From positions 89,590,001 through 89,654,000 of the forward strand of contig NC_042998.1 in NCBI RefSeq assembly GCF_006345805.1: 64,000 nt of DNA, given 5' to 3'. The translations under genes and the position numbers were made by a program. Below the pieces are notes generated by a model. It ran no database searches, was not told the DNA's origin, and saw only the letters and a program-made list of their open reading frames with translations. Origin of the DNA: Octopus sinensis. Its lineage: Eukaryota. Of the stretch, positions 1-12,884 are shown piece after piece (within the stretch, counting starts at the first letter, position 1; each line of letters opens with the position of its first letter).

Positions 1-1
1 A

Positions 2-122
2 TGCGGTATTCTTAAAACCAAAGAACTTGGATCCAGACTATCAACTGTTTTGATCTATAACAATACGGACTGGCAATTAAAACTAATTGGTGCCAGCCTA
101 ATGCCAGACGAGAAATGGTCAG
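2..122 (+). CDS. Candidate internal coding exon, open at the window edge; product unknown
   Basis: Only frame 2 is open: CGILKTKELGSRLSTVLIYNNTDWQLKLIGASLMPDEKWS. It ends at CAG|GTACAT (phase 1) and is more GC-rich than the downstream DNA. No family recognised. Confidence 0.3.
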
Positions 123-542
123 GTACATAATTACGCAACATATCTCCCTTACACTTAACTGTCACTTTCAATTACTGCCCTTTTAACAAAGAACACAAAT
201 CTGTTATTTCGCTGAAGAATTTTCTGTTTCTCTTTTTAATTACAAAGTAATGTAGAATAAGGAACTTCTCATGAGAAATAAGATTTGGTTTGTCTTGAAG
301 TATTTAATTTATTATTAGCTTTTAGCCATGTCCATTATTTTCTTTTTACTGACAATTATCTGATTACAATCTGAAGGAAATTAGAACCATGCATTTTATA
401 TTCAAAATACCCAGACAATAACTTCACGTCATTCATTATTTGAATTTCTGAATTAAAACTGCGTGAACGTTTAATTACAAAATAGCCTGCATTAGCATAG
501 ACTGTGTCTCTATTATTTGCAACTTACAGTACTAAGTTGTTG

Positions 543-939
543 CGCTTGTGGCAAAATTTGAAACCATTATTATTAGTAGTAGTAGTAATGCTACGAGCTT
601 GCAGAATAGTTACCATAGCGGATAAAACACTTAGCTGGGGTCGATGCAGCTGGATAGCCCCCACCCCACCCACCAAATGTTTCTAGATTTGTGCCTATGG
701 CAGAAAAGATTATTATTAGTTCTGTTAAGGGAACGAGCTGGCAGAAAAGAAATGCGGGGAACAAATGCATTTCTTCTGGCTCTTCACGTTCTGAATTCAA
801 TTTCTGCTGCGGCCAATTTTGCCTTTCATCCTGCTGTGGTCGATAAAATTAAGTACTCAAGTAAGGCAGTTCATGTAATCGAATAAACAGCATCCCCACT
901 AAAAATTGCTGACCTTGTGCCAAAATAAACATTATTATT
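543..939 (+). mobile_element. Degenerate family-A tRNA-SINE copies (short-tail type)
   Basis: Head CGAGCTGGCAGAA, central TTTGCCTTTCATCC...GTCGATAAAATTAAGTAC, and tail CCTTGTGCCAAAA(TTTGAAACC) followed by (ATT)n. Confidence 0.75.
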
Positions 940-1488
940 TTTGCTGCTGCTGTTGTTGAGTTTGCGTGTACGGACTTGTTACAAAATTTTTGAATTCTTT
1001 TACTAAGAAAAACTAAAGGATATATTCCCTTTTGGATAGTTTTCAATAAAGAGCCACCTGGAACGCGTTGGACGTCTGCATCTATACCAAGAGAGACATA
1101 AGTTCTGTTATTGTTTTGGACTTAATTTTATTTTCCCTTTCTGTTTACATATCAGCTCATAATGGCTTCCTGCCATAGAAACAACGCCTTAAAAAAAAGC
1201 TAAAATAAATGTAGACAGAAGTATTTGTTCTGATTCTCTTCATGTTCAGAGTTCAAATCTCGATGTGGTCAACTTTACTGATCATGCTTCAGATATCGAT
1301 TAAATAAAGTACTAGTCATGAATGTCGATTAACTCTTCCCTACACATTTCTGACTTGTTGCTCATCTGAGAATCAATTATTATGAATGATTTCTAGACAG
1401 GCGATAGTTGCCCTAGAATGCTTTGCAGCATTAGATTTATTGACTAGTAATTTTATTTGTTTATTTTATTTTGTCATTTGAACGTCTA

Positions 1489-1980
1489 AGGCGGCGAGCT
1501 GGCAGAATCTTTAGCACGCCGGACGAAATGCTCAGCAGTATTTCGTCTGTCGCTACGTTCTGAGTTCAAATTCAGCCGAGGTTGACTTTGCCTTTCATTC
1601 TTTCGGGGTCGATTAAATAAAGTACCAGTTATGCACTGGAGTCGATATAATCGACTTAATCCGTTTGTCTGTCCTTGTTTGACCTCTCTTTGTTTAGCCC
1701 CTTGTGAGTAGTAAAGAAATAGGTATTTCGTCTGCCGTTACGTTCTGAGTAAAAATTCCGCCGAGGTCGACTTTGCCTTTCATCCTTTCGGAGTCGATTA
1801 AATAAGTACCAGTTACGTACTGGGTCGATATAATCGACTTAATCCGTTTGTCTGTCCTTGTTTGTCCTCTCTGTGTTTAGCCCCTTGTGGGTAGTAAAGA
1901 AATAGCTATTTCGTTCGAGTTCAAATTCCACTGAGTCGACTTTGCATTTTGATCCTTTCGGGCTCGATAAAATAATGCAA
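1489..1980 (+). mobile_element. Family-A SINE multimer: tRNA head plus about 2.4 tandem 184-bp units (long-tail type, OR1-like)
   Basis: Starts AAGGCGGCGAGCTGGCAGAA with a B-box-like GAGTTCAAATTC. Units restart at GTATTTCG at 1538, 1723 and about 1906, and each ends AGCCCCTTGTG(A/G)GTAGTAAAGAAATAG. Confidence 0.9.
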
Positions 1981-2883
1981 CCTTTACTCGCTGGTGTTCA
2001 AATCCTACTATGATCAACATTTCCGTTTGTTCATCTCGGGGTCGATTAAAAAATAACAGTTGGAATGCTTGGATTAATATAAGCAGTTATAACCTTCCTC
2101 TACATGTAAGGTATTGTGAATATATAAGAAATCTATTGTAGCCAAACGCTTGACACATTGTTCTATCATATTTAGTTGCTTACATTTATGCTGCATTCAA
2201 ATCTCACTTAGGAAGACTTTGACTTTTATCATTCCTAAGTCGATAAAATAATGTATCTTCCAAATACTAGGGGCTATTTTAATTAATCACGCTTTTCTTC
2301 TAAATTTCTTGTCAGTATTAGAAATGAATATTAAACCGAGGTGAAGCCCCAATATTTCATCCATTTGAGAAGTAGAAGTCATAAACTGGGGACCTGCAAC
2401 ACATTTTGTACTAGTGTGCTTCGTGCTTCCGAAAACACTTATCATTTTACCCTCTTTCGTGTTTGCAATATTACTGAAATAGGCAAGTTTTATCTAACTT
2501 ATAGATCACTTGTATCTAGCTATAAACTATTGTTAAGCTGTCAAAAGTAACAAAGTGTTCATTCATTTCCTTGCTTTTGACTATAACATTTGTGTATCAG
2601 CTTTAATCCCAGGATATTTTTCTCTTTTACTCTAGATTATTTCTAAATGATATTCAACTCAATAGCTTCCTCATAATATGAAGAGAAAGGCAAAGTAAAC
2701 AAGAGTAAGGTTGAGGCATGGTTCTATCATCATTGTTATCGCTGATGTTAGTGGCCACAGTATATTTTTTAATTGAAAAGGTGGTACTATCAGCAGTGCC
2801 TGACAATATCACTAGAGACGCCAAGGAAATGTTGCTGCTGCTGTTCATGTTACTTACTGAGTCACTCTGGTTTTCCTTTCCAG

Positions 2884-2995
2884 TCAATTTTTACCGCCCT
2901 AATGACATTTGAAAATATCCTTAATATTTACATTGCATTGTTACTATTGTCTAGCGGTTGCTTCGTTTCTTTCAAACAATCATTCACAGCACCCG
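2884..2995 (+). CDS. Candidate exon encoding a signal-peptide-like N-terminus
   Basis: Acceptor GGTTTTCCTTTCCAG| and strong donor CCG|GTAAGA. ATG at 2902 gives MTFENILNIYIALLLLSSGCFVSFKQSFTAP, followed by a phase-1 intron. Confidence 0.35.
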
Positions 2996-4284
2996 GTAAG
3001 AATGCTCACCTTCAAACTTGCTTTAGAGTAAATCTATGACCAGAGAAAATATCAAATATCTCGACTAAGGTAGAGGTGGAATCGATTGATATTATCTTAA
3101 CCGACATATAAGGTCAGTGTACAGGTACCTCTAGTATTTGGGTTAAGCAATGTGTGCGTGGGTGGTAAAATGTTTAGAGTAGTGGCTGACTAAATTTACT
3201 TTGCCGAATCTAATTACATTCCTTTACATTTTGAGTTCAAATTCTACCCGATCACTTTTTAACCTTCCATCTCTCGAGCTCGTTGAAATAAGTACCTCTA
3301 TTGTACTGTGATATCTTCAGTCTGCTATATCACTCCTTTAAAAAATATTGATCATCATTTTTTGTCGTGATGAGTTCTAGGTAGAAATATCAGTGTGTAT
3401 GATTAAATGCTTTGGAACAGTAATGTAATAATTATATGAAGCTTTTACATGTTCTCAGTTCGAACCCAATAACGAACGGTTGAAGTCTGAACTGATTATA
3501 TTTGATATCTGTTCATCATCGATGTGTTGTATTTGCCGCAGTGCACCTCATTGTCTGACACATTTCATATAACATATAAGTGCAGCTAATACAATTCATC
3601 ATAGGAAGTTGAAGTACCGTATAATTGACAAATGTTTCATTGACTCACCGTGCTACAGTTAGTCCCCCTCCTAATAAGCCTACAGGATGTTTTAGTAGTA
3701 TTATACTTTTCCTTGGAAAATCTTATAAATTATTCATTGTTAGAGTTATAAGGTTTTTGGGGGTGTCACTTTTGGAGTAGGACAGATATCGTCGTCCAGG
3801 CGCGGGTTTAAATTTGGGGACGCAAGAGACTGCGAATCTAAATTTGAAGATAAGAGACTTCGATTGTAAGTTTATGGTTGTGAGAAACATTATACGAAGG
3901 ATTAAGATAGTTATTTACTCATTCTTTGACTTATAGAATTAACATAGTAAATATGAATTAAATGTAAGCCGAAAATGAGTTTGATGTTACAACTAAATTA
4001 TATGTTTATATTTAGAATTATAATTCAAAACTGTTGTTTGCAGGAAAACTCATTCGCACTTGCATTCGCAAAATCAAATTCATGAACTTTACTTTCTGTA
4101 TTATAAATCAAATAGAGCTCAACTACCTACATTTAATTAACACTAACGAGAGTGCGTGCGCTTCATTTTTTCTCTTTGTCATTCCATTGCACGCACGTAA
4201 AAAAATTCCATTCAAACTTTTCGCTTGACCCGTCTTTGTTCAGGCTTTGTCATATTTACTAAAACTCTACCATTATTCGTTATT

Positions 4285-4500
4285 CAGAGAAGGAAGGGCA
4301 ATTTCTATTGCCTTTGCATACAGTCCCACGTTAGTGAGACTGACGTGGTCGATATTTACTTTGAACACATGAAAGCTAACATCTACAGGGAAACTGGGCG
4401 GATAGACAATTCCAGAGTTTTGCATTCTTAGGAGGGAGAAACAACATAAGTTGGTTCCTAAGGAGGTGAGGTGAGACAAAAAGCGAAAAATTAGGGAAGA
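4285..4500 (+). pseudogene. Possible highly decayed LINE APE-endonuclease fragment
   Basis: With frameshifts it reads ISIAFAYSPT...SETDVVDIYFEHM...GETKAKI, echoing the xAYAPT and GDFNAKIG motifs of RTE-type endonucleases. Confidence 0.3.
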
Positions 4501-4712
4501 ATGGTTGGCCTGGTTGTAGAAACTATATCTCAGAGTATTTCAGAAGAGACGCCTTTGTGAAAGTGATTGAACAAAGAGACGAGATTATAAGCTTGAGATT
4601 AATGCATGCTGGTCAGTTGGGTTAATGATTTCAAGTCAGAAGAATAGACTTCTTTTAGGCGCGATGTTTGTATAAACAGCAGCACACTGAGTCAGTAAAG
4701 CAGATATATAGA

Positions 4713-4743
<31 letters not shown>

Positions 4744-5420
4744 ATATCGATAGATATGCCTGTATATGTTAGTGTTTTGAATATGTCTATCTATATATGT
4801 GTGTGTGTGTATACATATCAATTTGTTGCTAACAGAAATTACATTCTTGTAATGGAAACTAACTACTACATATACATTCTTGGTATATTCCATATATAGT
4901 TAAGGTAGTGGATGTCAATGCGAAGTTTAAGATAATATCAATTTACTTGTCATTCTAAGCTAGAAAATATGCTGAGATAAGCTAAAAATGAAAAAAAAGA
5001 AAGTATTCCGTTATTCATCAAGACCGTTAATCATCAATATATCGTCCACCATCTTAACTAATCACTACACATACATGGTTCCATAACAGAGTTTCTATTT
5101 CGTAATCTACATTGTCGTAGGAATTTCTTCTAAAGTTTAAGTAACAAAGAATGTTATGTCCCATAACGTATCAAGGAAATAATTTCTTTATATTTTTTTT
5201 TATTTTACTGGATGTCTACTCTTGACAAATGGCCTAAAATCGTTAGGCAAACAAGTAATTATATTACATTACCAAGGGTAGAGTGTCTATAGTTTGCACT
5301 ACATCAGCTGCTGCGTTAAAGAAACAAATAAAAGTAAAATACTATTTGGGGAATTCTCCAGTATTTTAAATAAATAATGGAGCATCGCTTAGAACTATTT
5401 TCAATACTAATTAGCTAACA

Positions 5421-6262
5421 AATATTGGTTTCTAATTATAGCACAAGGCCTGCAGTTTTAAAGGAAGAGGTTTAGTCAGTTCCGTCGACCCAAATACTTG
5501 ACGGGCATATATATTTTATCGACCTCGAAAAGATGAAAGGCAAAGACCTCGGCGGAATTTAAACTTCTAACGTAAAGAAACGGTATAATGCCACGAAGTA
5601 TTTTTTCTGGCCGTCTTATTATTCTGCCAGCTCACCGCTTTATTGTTTTTGATAGGATGAAAGGCAAAGTCGACCTCGGCGGAATTTGAACTCACAACGT
5701 AACGACAGACGAAATACCGCAAAGCATTTCGCCCGGCGTGCTAACGTTTCCGCCAGCTCGCCGCCTTGTATGTCAATAATATTGCCCCTGTACTTGATTT
5801 ACCGAGCCCGAGAGGATGAAAAGTTAAGTTGACTTAAGTTGAAACCAGTGTGTAAACAACCAGAATAACTTGCTCAAAAAAATATTGGTTTCAAATTTTG
5901 GCAAGAGGCTAGCAGATTTTGCGTGTGGGAAGTAAATCGATTACACCGACGCCGTGCTCAACTGGCACTTATTTTATCGATGCTCCTCGCGACCAAAAAC
6001 AAAAATGGAAGACAAAGTCGACAGGAATTGAACACAAAGCGTTAAGACGAATGAAATACTGCAAAATATTTTGCCTGGCGTGCTAATGATTCTGCCAAAT
6101 GGCCGCCTTAGACATTTAAATAATATCGGTTTCAAATTTTGGCACAAGGCAAGCAAATTTCGCAGTAGGCGGTAAGTCGATTACATCAGTCTCAGTGCTT
6201 AACTGATACTTATTTTATGGACCTCGAAAGGATCAAAAGCAAAGTAGACCTCGGCGGAATTC
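5421..6262 (-). mobile_element. Cluster of four family-A SINE copies or fragments
   Basis: Reverse-strand tail AATATTGGTTTCAAATTTTGGCACAAGG and core GAAAGGATGAAAGGCAAAGTCGACCTCGGCGGAATTTGAACTC at about 5421-5640, 5653-5767, 5881-6109 and 6121-6262. Confidence 0.85.
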
Positions 6263-9200
6263 GCTCAACAAAATATTAACATTATATCTATCAGTGCAAA
6301 TTTATGTTATTCTTACGAAACGTTAAATGAAGCCGATATTTTAGCCTGTTGAAATTCATTTTGTTATATTGTAAAGATACCGCAAAGAATGACTAAATTT
6401 GTACATTTCATTAGTGGTAAACCATTACTCGTGTTAAAATGTATTGGCAAAATGAAGTGCTTTGTAATATGCATTTTCTTTTTTGTTTTCGAAAATGTGT
6501 CAATGGGCCAAGTGAGTAAAATGCTAACATCTTTGTTGAAGTGTCTGGAGTTCACTAGTGTCATTGGTAGTGAGCTGTTCCCTGAGTAATAGCACAAACT
6601 TTCATAGCAAGTTAAGAGAGAGGGAGACAGATAGACAGACAATAAGTTAATGGTACAGTCTCGAAATACTTGAAAACTGGGGAATATTTGCATAAATTAA
6701 AGCAATGAGATCGAAGCATCAAATAATTAGCTTGTAAAACAGTTAAATATAAAAAAAGCAATGATATTTTGCATAAAGCAATACAAACTAATGAAGCATA
6801 GGAATTATTTTAGGGGAAGAGGAATAGTCAGACGTCTCGAGCAGAACTTTTTGTTAGTAAAAAAAATAAAAGGAACACAGCAACAACAGAAGATTTATTT
6901 TAAAAATTCGTTGAAGGGAGGTGAAGAAAGTAACAGCATGGAAACACTGTCCAGAAATGCAAACAGTTATACCCACACATACGCATATATATGCTCGAGA
7001 GAAAAGCAAACACTACATTTACACTCACGCCCACGTAGAAACGCAAGCGAGCATAAATACATGCATACATAAAACAGCATCAACTACCAAATAGACATCT
7101 ACATACACTTACACATACATATATATTCAAATATACATAGACATATACAAGCATATAAATCTGAATGCATACCCACTTACATTTCCTCGCATGTATGTAC
7201 GGTCATAAACAAGGGGGACTTCATGAACTCTTTTGACAAGCCAACGTCTTAAGAAATAGGACACAATATACAAAGTAGTCCATGAGCATACTGCTGGAAA
7301 TGAAGGGACGTGTTTGTTGACTTATTACTGCTAGTTATCTTTTAGAAAAGCCATGTCCCATGATCCGTTGATATTTCAGAGAAATTCTGAACATTTCCTT
7401 ATCTTAACACGACAATTCAAGGAACGATATGAAAACAATTTCGCCAATATTATTATCAGGACTATTAGGAGCATTAAATTTAGAACAGCAAATGAGAACA
7501 TACGTCAGTTATGCCATATCATCGCTACACATATCTGTTAATATAACTACATTTAAATATCTGGAGCATTAAAGTTTGAGTGATAGGATGGAATACGCAG
7601 CATAGTACCATCGATTGTTAAAGCAATATTTGAATCTACACTTTACTAGACATTTATTAATCAAATTATTGTATGTATGCTACATGTATGTATATATATA
7701 TGTGTGTAAACAGACATAAACGAAAATATATGCATACACATATGTAAATATATACATCTTTTATCTATGTATATTTATATATTATATATACACATACGAA
7801 CACACCTTATAGACAATCATATACATTTTCTCTGTATGTGTGCATGATGTGTTTCTGTATGTATCATGTAGACATGCTTCATAGGTGTTACACGATAAAA
7901 TATCTCTTTATTAAGAAGTTAGTAATTTTGAAAGAATGTTGGCACAATATCTTCATTTAGCATCAAGTCGCTATCTAAACAATATTGCCAATTATACTAT
8001 GAATGTTAAGGAACTTTATAGTCATCAAATGGAAAATTGGGGAGTATAAAATGTCTAATAATAGATACTTTCAGTAGTCTGTATTCCTTGTATTCAAAGC
8101 AGATAACCACCAATGACATTTCTTTAAAAACAAGTTTGCTGGTTAGCATTATTTCAACTTTCAGGATAATATACAGATGGTTTTAAACACGAAATTGTTG
8201 ACGAATGTATTCTGATTTAACATTTTGGGAATAAGAAATACAAATAAATGTTTGTCTCTAATATAGTGGTGCAGTTACTTCTGAAGTATGAGTAACATCA
8301 AATCGTTGCCGGACGCACACACTCATTTTTTCTGTGCGCGAGTGTGTAATTTCTTTTCAATATAGAGCCGTAGACAGACAAAACCGTTAACGAGTCGGAC
8401 AAAATATCTTGAAGAATATGATTATGGATCTTTACATTCTGTGTTAAAACCTACCGAGATCCTTTCATAGGCCAGGAATCGATTAAATAATGTACCAATA
8501 AAGTACTGGGGTCAATGAAATCAACTATTGCCCTCCTCTAAATTTGAGGCCTTGTACCTGTGTGAGAAAACAATATTGTTAGTGAGACCCATTTTACGCA
8601 ATTTTACGTAACGAGCTTCAATATTAGATTTATAAACAGCCAGGAGTCAGTTTCAATCAAAAGCTATAAAAACCCAATCCTGTACATGAAATATTTTTGC
8701 AGAACGCAGGTACCAATTATTGTTTGATAATAACATCAAGATTTAATACTAATTTTCCTCCAATATTAGATTTTAGGTTCATTATTAAATACTGAGTGGC
8801 ACAGTTGATGTTATTGTTGTTTAGCGCCAGATATCTATTTTCTGAACAAACACTAAGTTTTGTGCATCTGAGACTACATTATCCAATGTGTCCTTCCCTT
8901 TTAAGAGCGGCAGAAAGTAATTTAAAGTATGGAAATTTAGTTACTATTTCTTGAAGCTCGACCAACCATGTTAGAAGATCATTTAAATGTGACGGATGTC
9001 CTGAAGTCCTCTCTTGCTAAAGAAAGACTGTAAAAGAATTTACTAGAAGAGAACCTGCTCGCCTCCAGCCATCCTATAGGTTCCGCAAAAAAACTAAAGG
9101 CTTGTGGACCCTCCCTTCTGTGATAAAATGGTACAAACACAAAGAGACAGGTTGGTGGTACCTCGTTCTCTCTCCAAGTTAATGCCAACACTTAAATTGT

Positions 9201-10555
9201 TCAAGTGCAAGAAAATAGTGAGAGAAAATAAAAGAACTTGGCGTATAAGTATAACGGTATGGTAAATTGTAACTGCACGAATTAGACCTTGAAAATATAT
9301 GCAAAATACCTGTTATTGTTGTTGTTGTTTCTGTTTAGCTCTGGGTCAGTCTTGATTAAACAGAACTGTGATTAAGTGTGTTATATTACTGACTTACCCA
9401 TCATCTTTTTCTTTTTTCTCAGAAATAGTGTATCTATGATACCTTATCTCAAGTATTTTTACGACAGTAGAGTATTAGTTGAGGAAATTTTCGCTGCTAT
9501 TTCTAAGTTGAACGCCCACGTAGATGCTCCTGTTTATCCCTGTTTCACTTATGGTGTCTCATAAATATTTTGACTCATAGATTTCGTGTAATCTTCCGCA
9601 AACCATCCATATGTCAGTAATTTTAAATATGCTGACTACTCAGAGTGTTGATCTTTCAGCAACAGACAAGGCGACACCATCAGCGTTATCAGTCATCTTA
9701 GTGATTTGATCTTCAAATAGACTCTTTGGTTCTGTTGACTTCGTGTTGATTTCCCCAACGATTTAGTGGTTATAGAATGTTTCTTAAATACCTTAACATT
9801 TATCAACATCTTTTTAAGATAACGCTTTTCCAAAATACTACAGCACCGCCAGAAATTTGAAAAATGATGCTATCAAAAGTGAGTATGTACGCGCGCACAC
9901 GCTTCATAAGAGACTTCCGTAAAATAAAATATGAAATGTTTTAAGTACAGGGTTATGCCAAAGAAACTTGAAATTCATTTTTACTTTTATAAGTTAACGA
10001 AACACTCGTATTTATTAGTAAACGTATTAATAGCATCACTGCACCTAAGAAAGATGCTTACTTAGATCTATACAGACATTACCAGTAGCAGTTACAAGTA
10101 TCATATCAACGCAAAGATAATTGTAAGATAATATAGAAACATTTGGGCTGTTATATGACTATCAATGGAAGTGTTTACTAAATATATGCAATTTGGGGAA
10201 TGTTTGAAATACCACCCATGAGACCCGACGTGAAAATCATTATTTATCTTTATTAACTTTCTTGTTTCATAAAGTTAAACAAATTTAACAATCATGTTAC
10301 TATTTGTGAAAGATTCAGCAGTGTTAACTTCGTCAGATGTCACAAAGTGGGTTTGAAAAATTTCATCTAAACCAAAATTTTGTTTAAAGCAAATTCCTTC
10401 ATGGTTGCAAGGTAATTTTCTTGTAGAGTTTCCTTAATTTCGTCAGATTCCATGCATATATCATAAATTTACCATAGGATTACTCAAAAGCACATTTGCA
10501 TATAATTATCAATATTCCTCACAGAACCACTGGCAACTTTTTACAGAATAATTAG

Positions 10556-12884
10556 GCCTTAGGCTAGTGGTGGGTCATGGTGCACCACCCTTGTGATTTA
10601 CTTTAATGAATATTTTCATGTAGCCTTGGGTCTAACAAGTCGGAAGATTGAGGTTGCCAGCAAAAAACTTGTGATGGAAGATACCTCCATGGACCTTTTG
10701 ACCACGCCCACTTTTACAGCTGGAGGTAGAAAATTAGGGGTATGGAAAATTCAAACCGCTCTAACTTTGCAACTCTTCGCCAAAATATTTCAAATGCCCT
10801 CTTAAAATGATTACCTGGTCTAAATCTACAGGTTCATGCAAATGATAAGGACATTTCTTCTGTAAAAGGTCACCAGAAGTCAAAAGGTCACGAACTTTGA
10901 CCTTTACCTCTATCTCACATTTACAGGTTTTATTTATCACCAAGACCATATAACGTTTTCTTTTATTGAAAATTAATCAAAACGAAAGTTTACATGTGCT
11001 TTTAAATACCAGAAGTAAAAGAAAATTGAAAAGAAGTAGTGTTTACCCCGTGGAATGTGAGATATTTCTGCACATTTACATACTGTTTTCTACGTATTGC
11101 TGAATATGCCGAATAGAAGCAAGGCAAAATCTAGCAAGTGGTACATTGGAATCTTTCCTTGAATCATTTCAAATGACCACAGAAGAGGATATTCGTGTTG
11201 ATCTATAAAATGAAACATCAAATTATGCAGATATTTAAGTAAACAAAAGTTTACCCTACCTACACCACAGCAGTTTGGTATACATGGTTGGTATGAAATG
11301 TGCCATATAAGTTTAATATTGAAACAAATGCTAGATTTTATAATACTTTTTATCTCTCAAGTTTAAACAAAATCTTTTTCAAGTGTTGCAGCAGTTACCT
11401 TCCTTCCAGTTAGGTATATACACAGAATTAAATCAATGAATGTACGAGTTTGCTTTAAAATTGAGTTAGAAATCTCAGCTGAGCACCCAGTAAGCATTTA
11501 TCCTGGTTGTATGTTATTTTCCCGACAGTTATATCTGTTCTTAGTTTCATTAACTTTGTAATGCATAGGACTTCGTCCCATACACATACGCCGTATGATT
11601 GCCAAAGATGACAACGTTATTTGTGAACTATCTATTACATTCCTGAGTCATTTCAAGTGTCCGATTAATAATCATCACCATCACTTTCAGTATCACTACT
11701 CTGTCAAGGAAATCACTTTCATTAGGTTCACTGTCACTATCAGAGTTAGAACCAGATACGCAAGTTTCGTCTTCAAGTTCTTCTTCAAGAATGTCCACCA
11801 ACTGACAACGCATCTCTTCACCCTCTGCCCACTTCGACTTCATGATTCTAGCTTCCATTATCCATCCATTCCTTCGTATGGTCTGGTCACTGAAGGCTTT
11901 GCAAAGTTCGCGATTGTATCTTTCAAAGCAATATCTGAAAAGGAAACAAAAATTTAATAAATAGTGATTCATTTGATATATCATTCTAGTTTCCACGTGT
12001 TTCCATATTTCAGATTTTAATGGTACTTCTTTTTGTTTTTATCGTATTCAAGAAACAATAGAGCTGTATTGTCAACCTTATCATAATTACCTAATTGATA
12101 TAATCATTAATCATCAAATTCATTTCGACAATCATCTCACAAAATGTTTTGACATTTGACCTTACATGATCCATCTTGTAAAAAATTTTCATAATTTGAT
12201 GTTTCATTTTATAGGTCCAATTATGATTATAATTATAATATAAATTATTGTGTATGGTGATTTGCAGTGATTCAGTGAAAGATTCCAAAGTATTAATTGC
12301 TAGATTTTGCCTTACTCTTATTCGACACATTCAGCGATACAAAAAAGCATATGTAAAAGTGTTGAACTATATATCCCATACCACAGAGCAAATGCTACTT
12401 CTTTTCAAACTTTTAAGACTGGTGATATAAAAACACCTATAATCCTTCATTTCGATGGATTTTCTACAACAAAAACAACAAAAAAAACTTTGATAGGGTC
12501 TGATGATAAATAAAACTCATACATTCGAAATATTATAGGTAAAGGTCAAGGTTGATTACCTTTTGACCTCTGGTAACCTTTTTACAGAATAAATTTGCAT
12601 AACATTTGCACAGTCTTGTAGATCTTGACCAGGCCAACATTTTAAGTGGTCATATAGAATATTTTGGTGGAGAGTTGCAAAGTTAGAGCAGTTTCAATTA
12701 TCCATACCCCTAATTTTCTACCTCCAGCTGTAAAACTAGGCTTGGTCAAAAAGTCCATGGGAGTATCTTCCATCCCGATTTTCTTTCTGGCCACATCAAT
12801 TCTCAGACTTGTTAGACCCAGGGCTAATGAAAATGCCCATTAAATGACAAGGGTGGTGCAACATGACCCCCACTAGCCTGTGGC
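10556..12884 (-). mobile_element. Non-autonomous DNA transposon with about 680-bp imperfect terminal inverted repeats (CMC/EnSpm-like or MULE-like, unresolved)
   Basis: 10556-11230 is an inverted copy of 12189-12884. Shared blocks include AGGCTAGTGG..GGTCATG.TGCACCACCCTTGT, TTTTACAGCTGGAGGTAGAAAATTAGGGGTATGGA, AAGGCAAAATCTAGCAA and CTATAAAATGAAACATCAAATTATG. The unique core of about 960 bp holds a coding exon. Confidence 0.85.
11665..11934 (-). pseudogene. Terminal exon of a transposase-like protein with an acidic tail, carrying one frameshift
   Basis: Acceptor TTTTGTTTCCTTTTCAG| precedes xYCFERYNRELCKAFSDQTIRRNGWIMEARIMKSKWAEGEEMRCQLVDILEEELEDETCVSGSNSDSDSEPNESDFLD. A 1-nt shift continues the acidic tail as SSDTESDGDDY* (TAA at 11667-11665). 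Confidence 0.55.

Noticed and set aside
1538-1906. SINE tandem unit as a retrozyme or CRISPR-like array
   Set aside because: No hammerhead core on either strand and no variable spacers; the units are SINE-derived.
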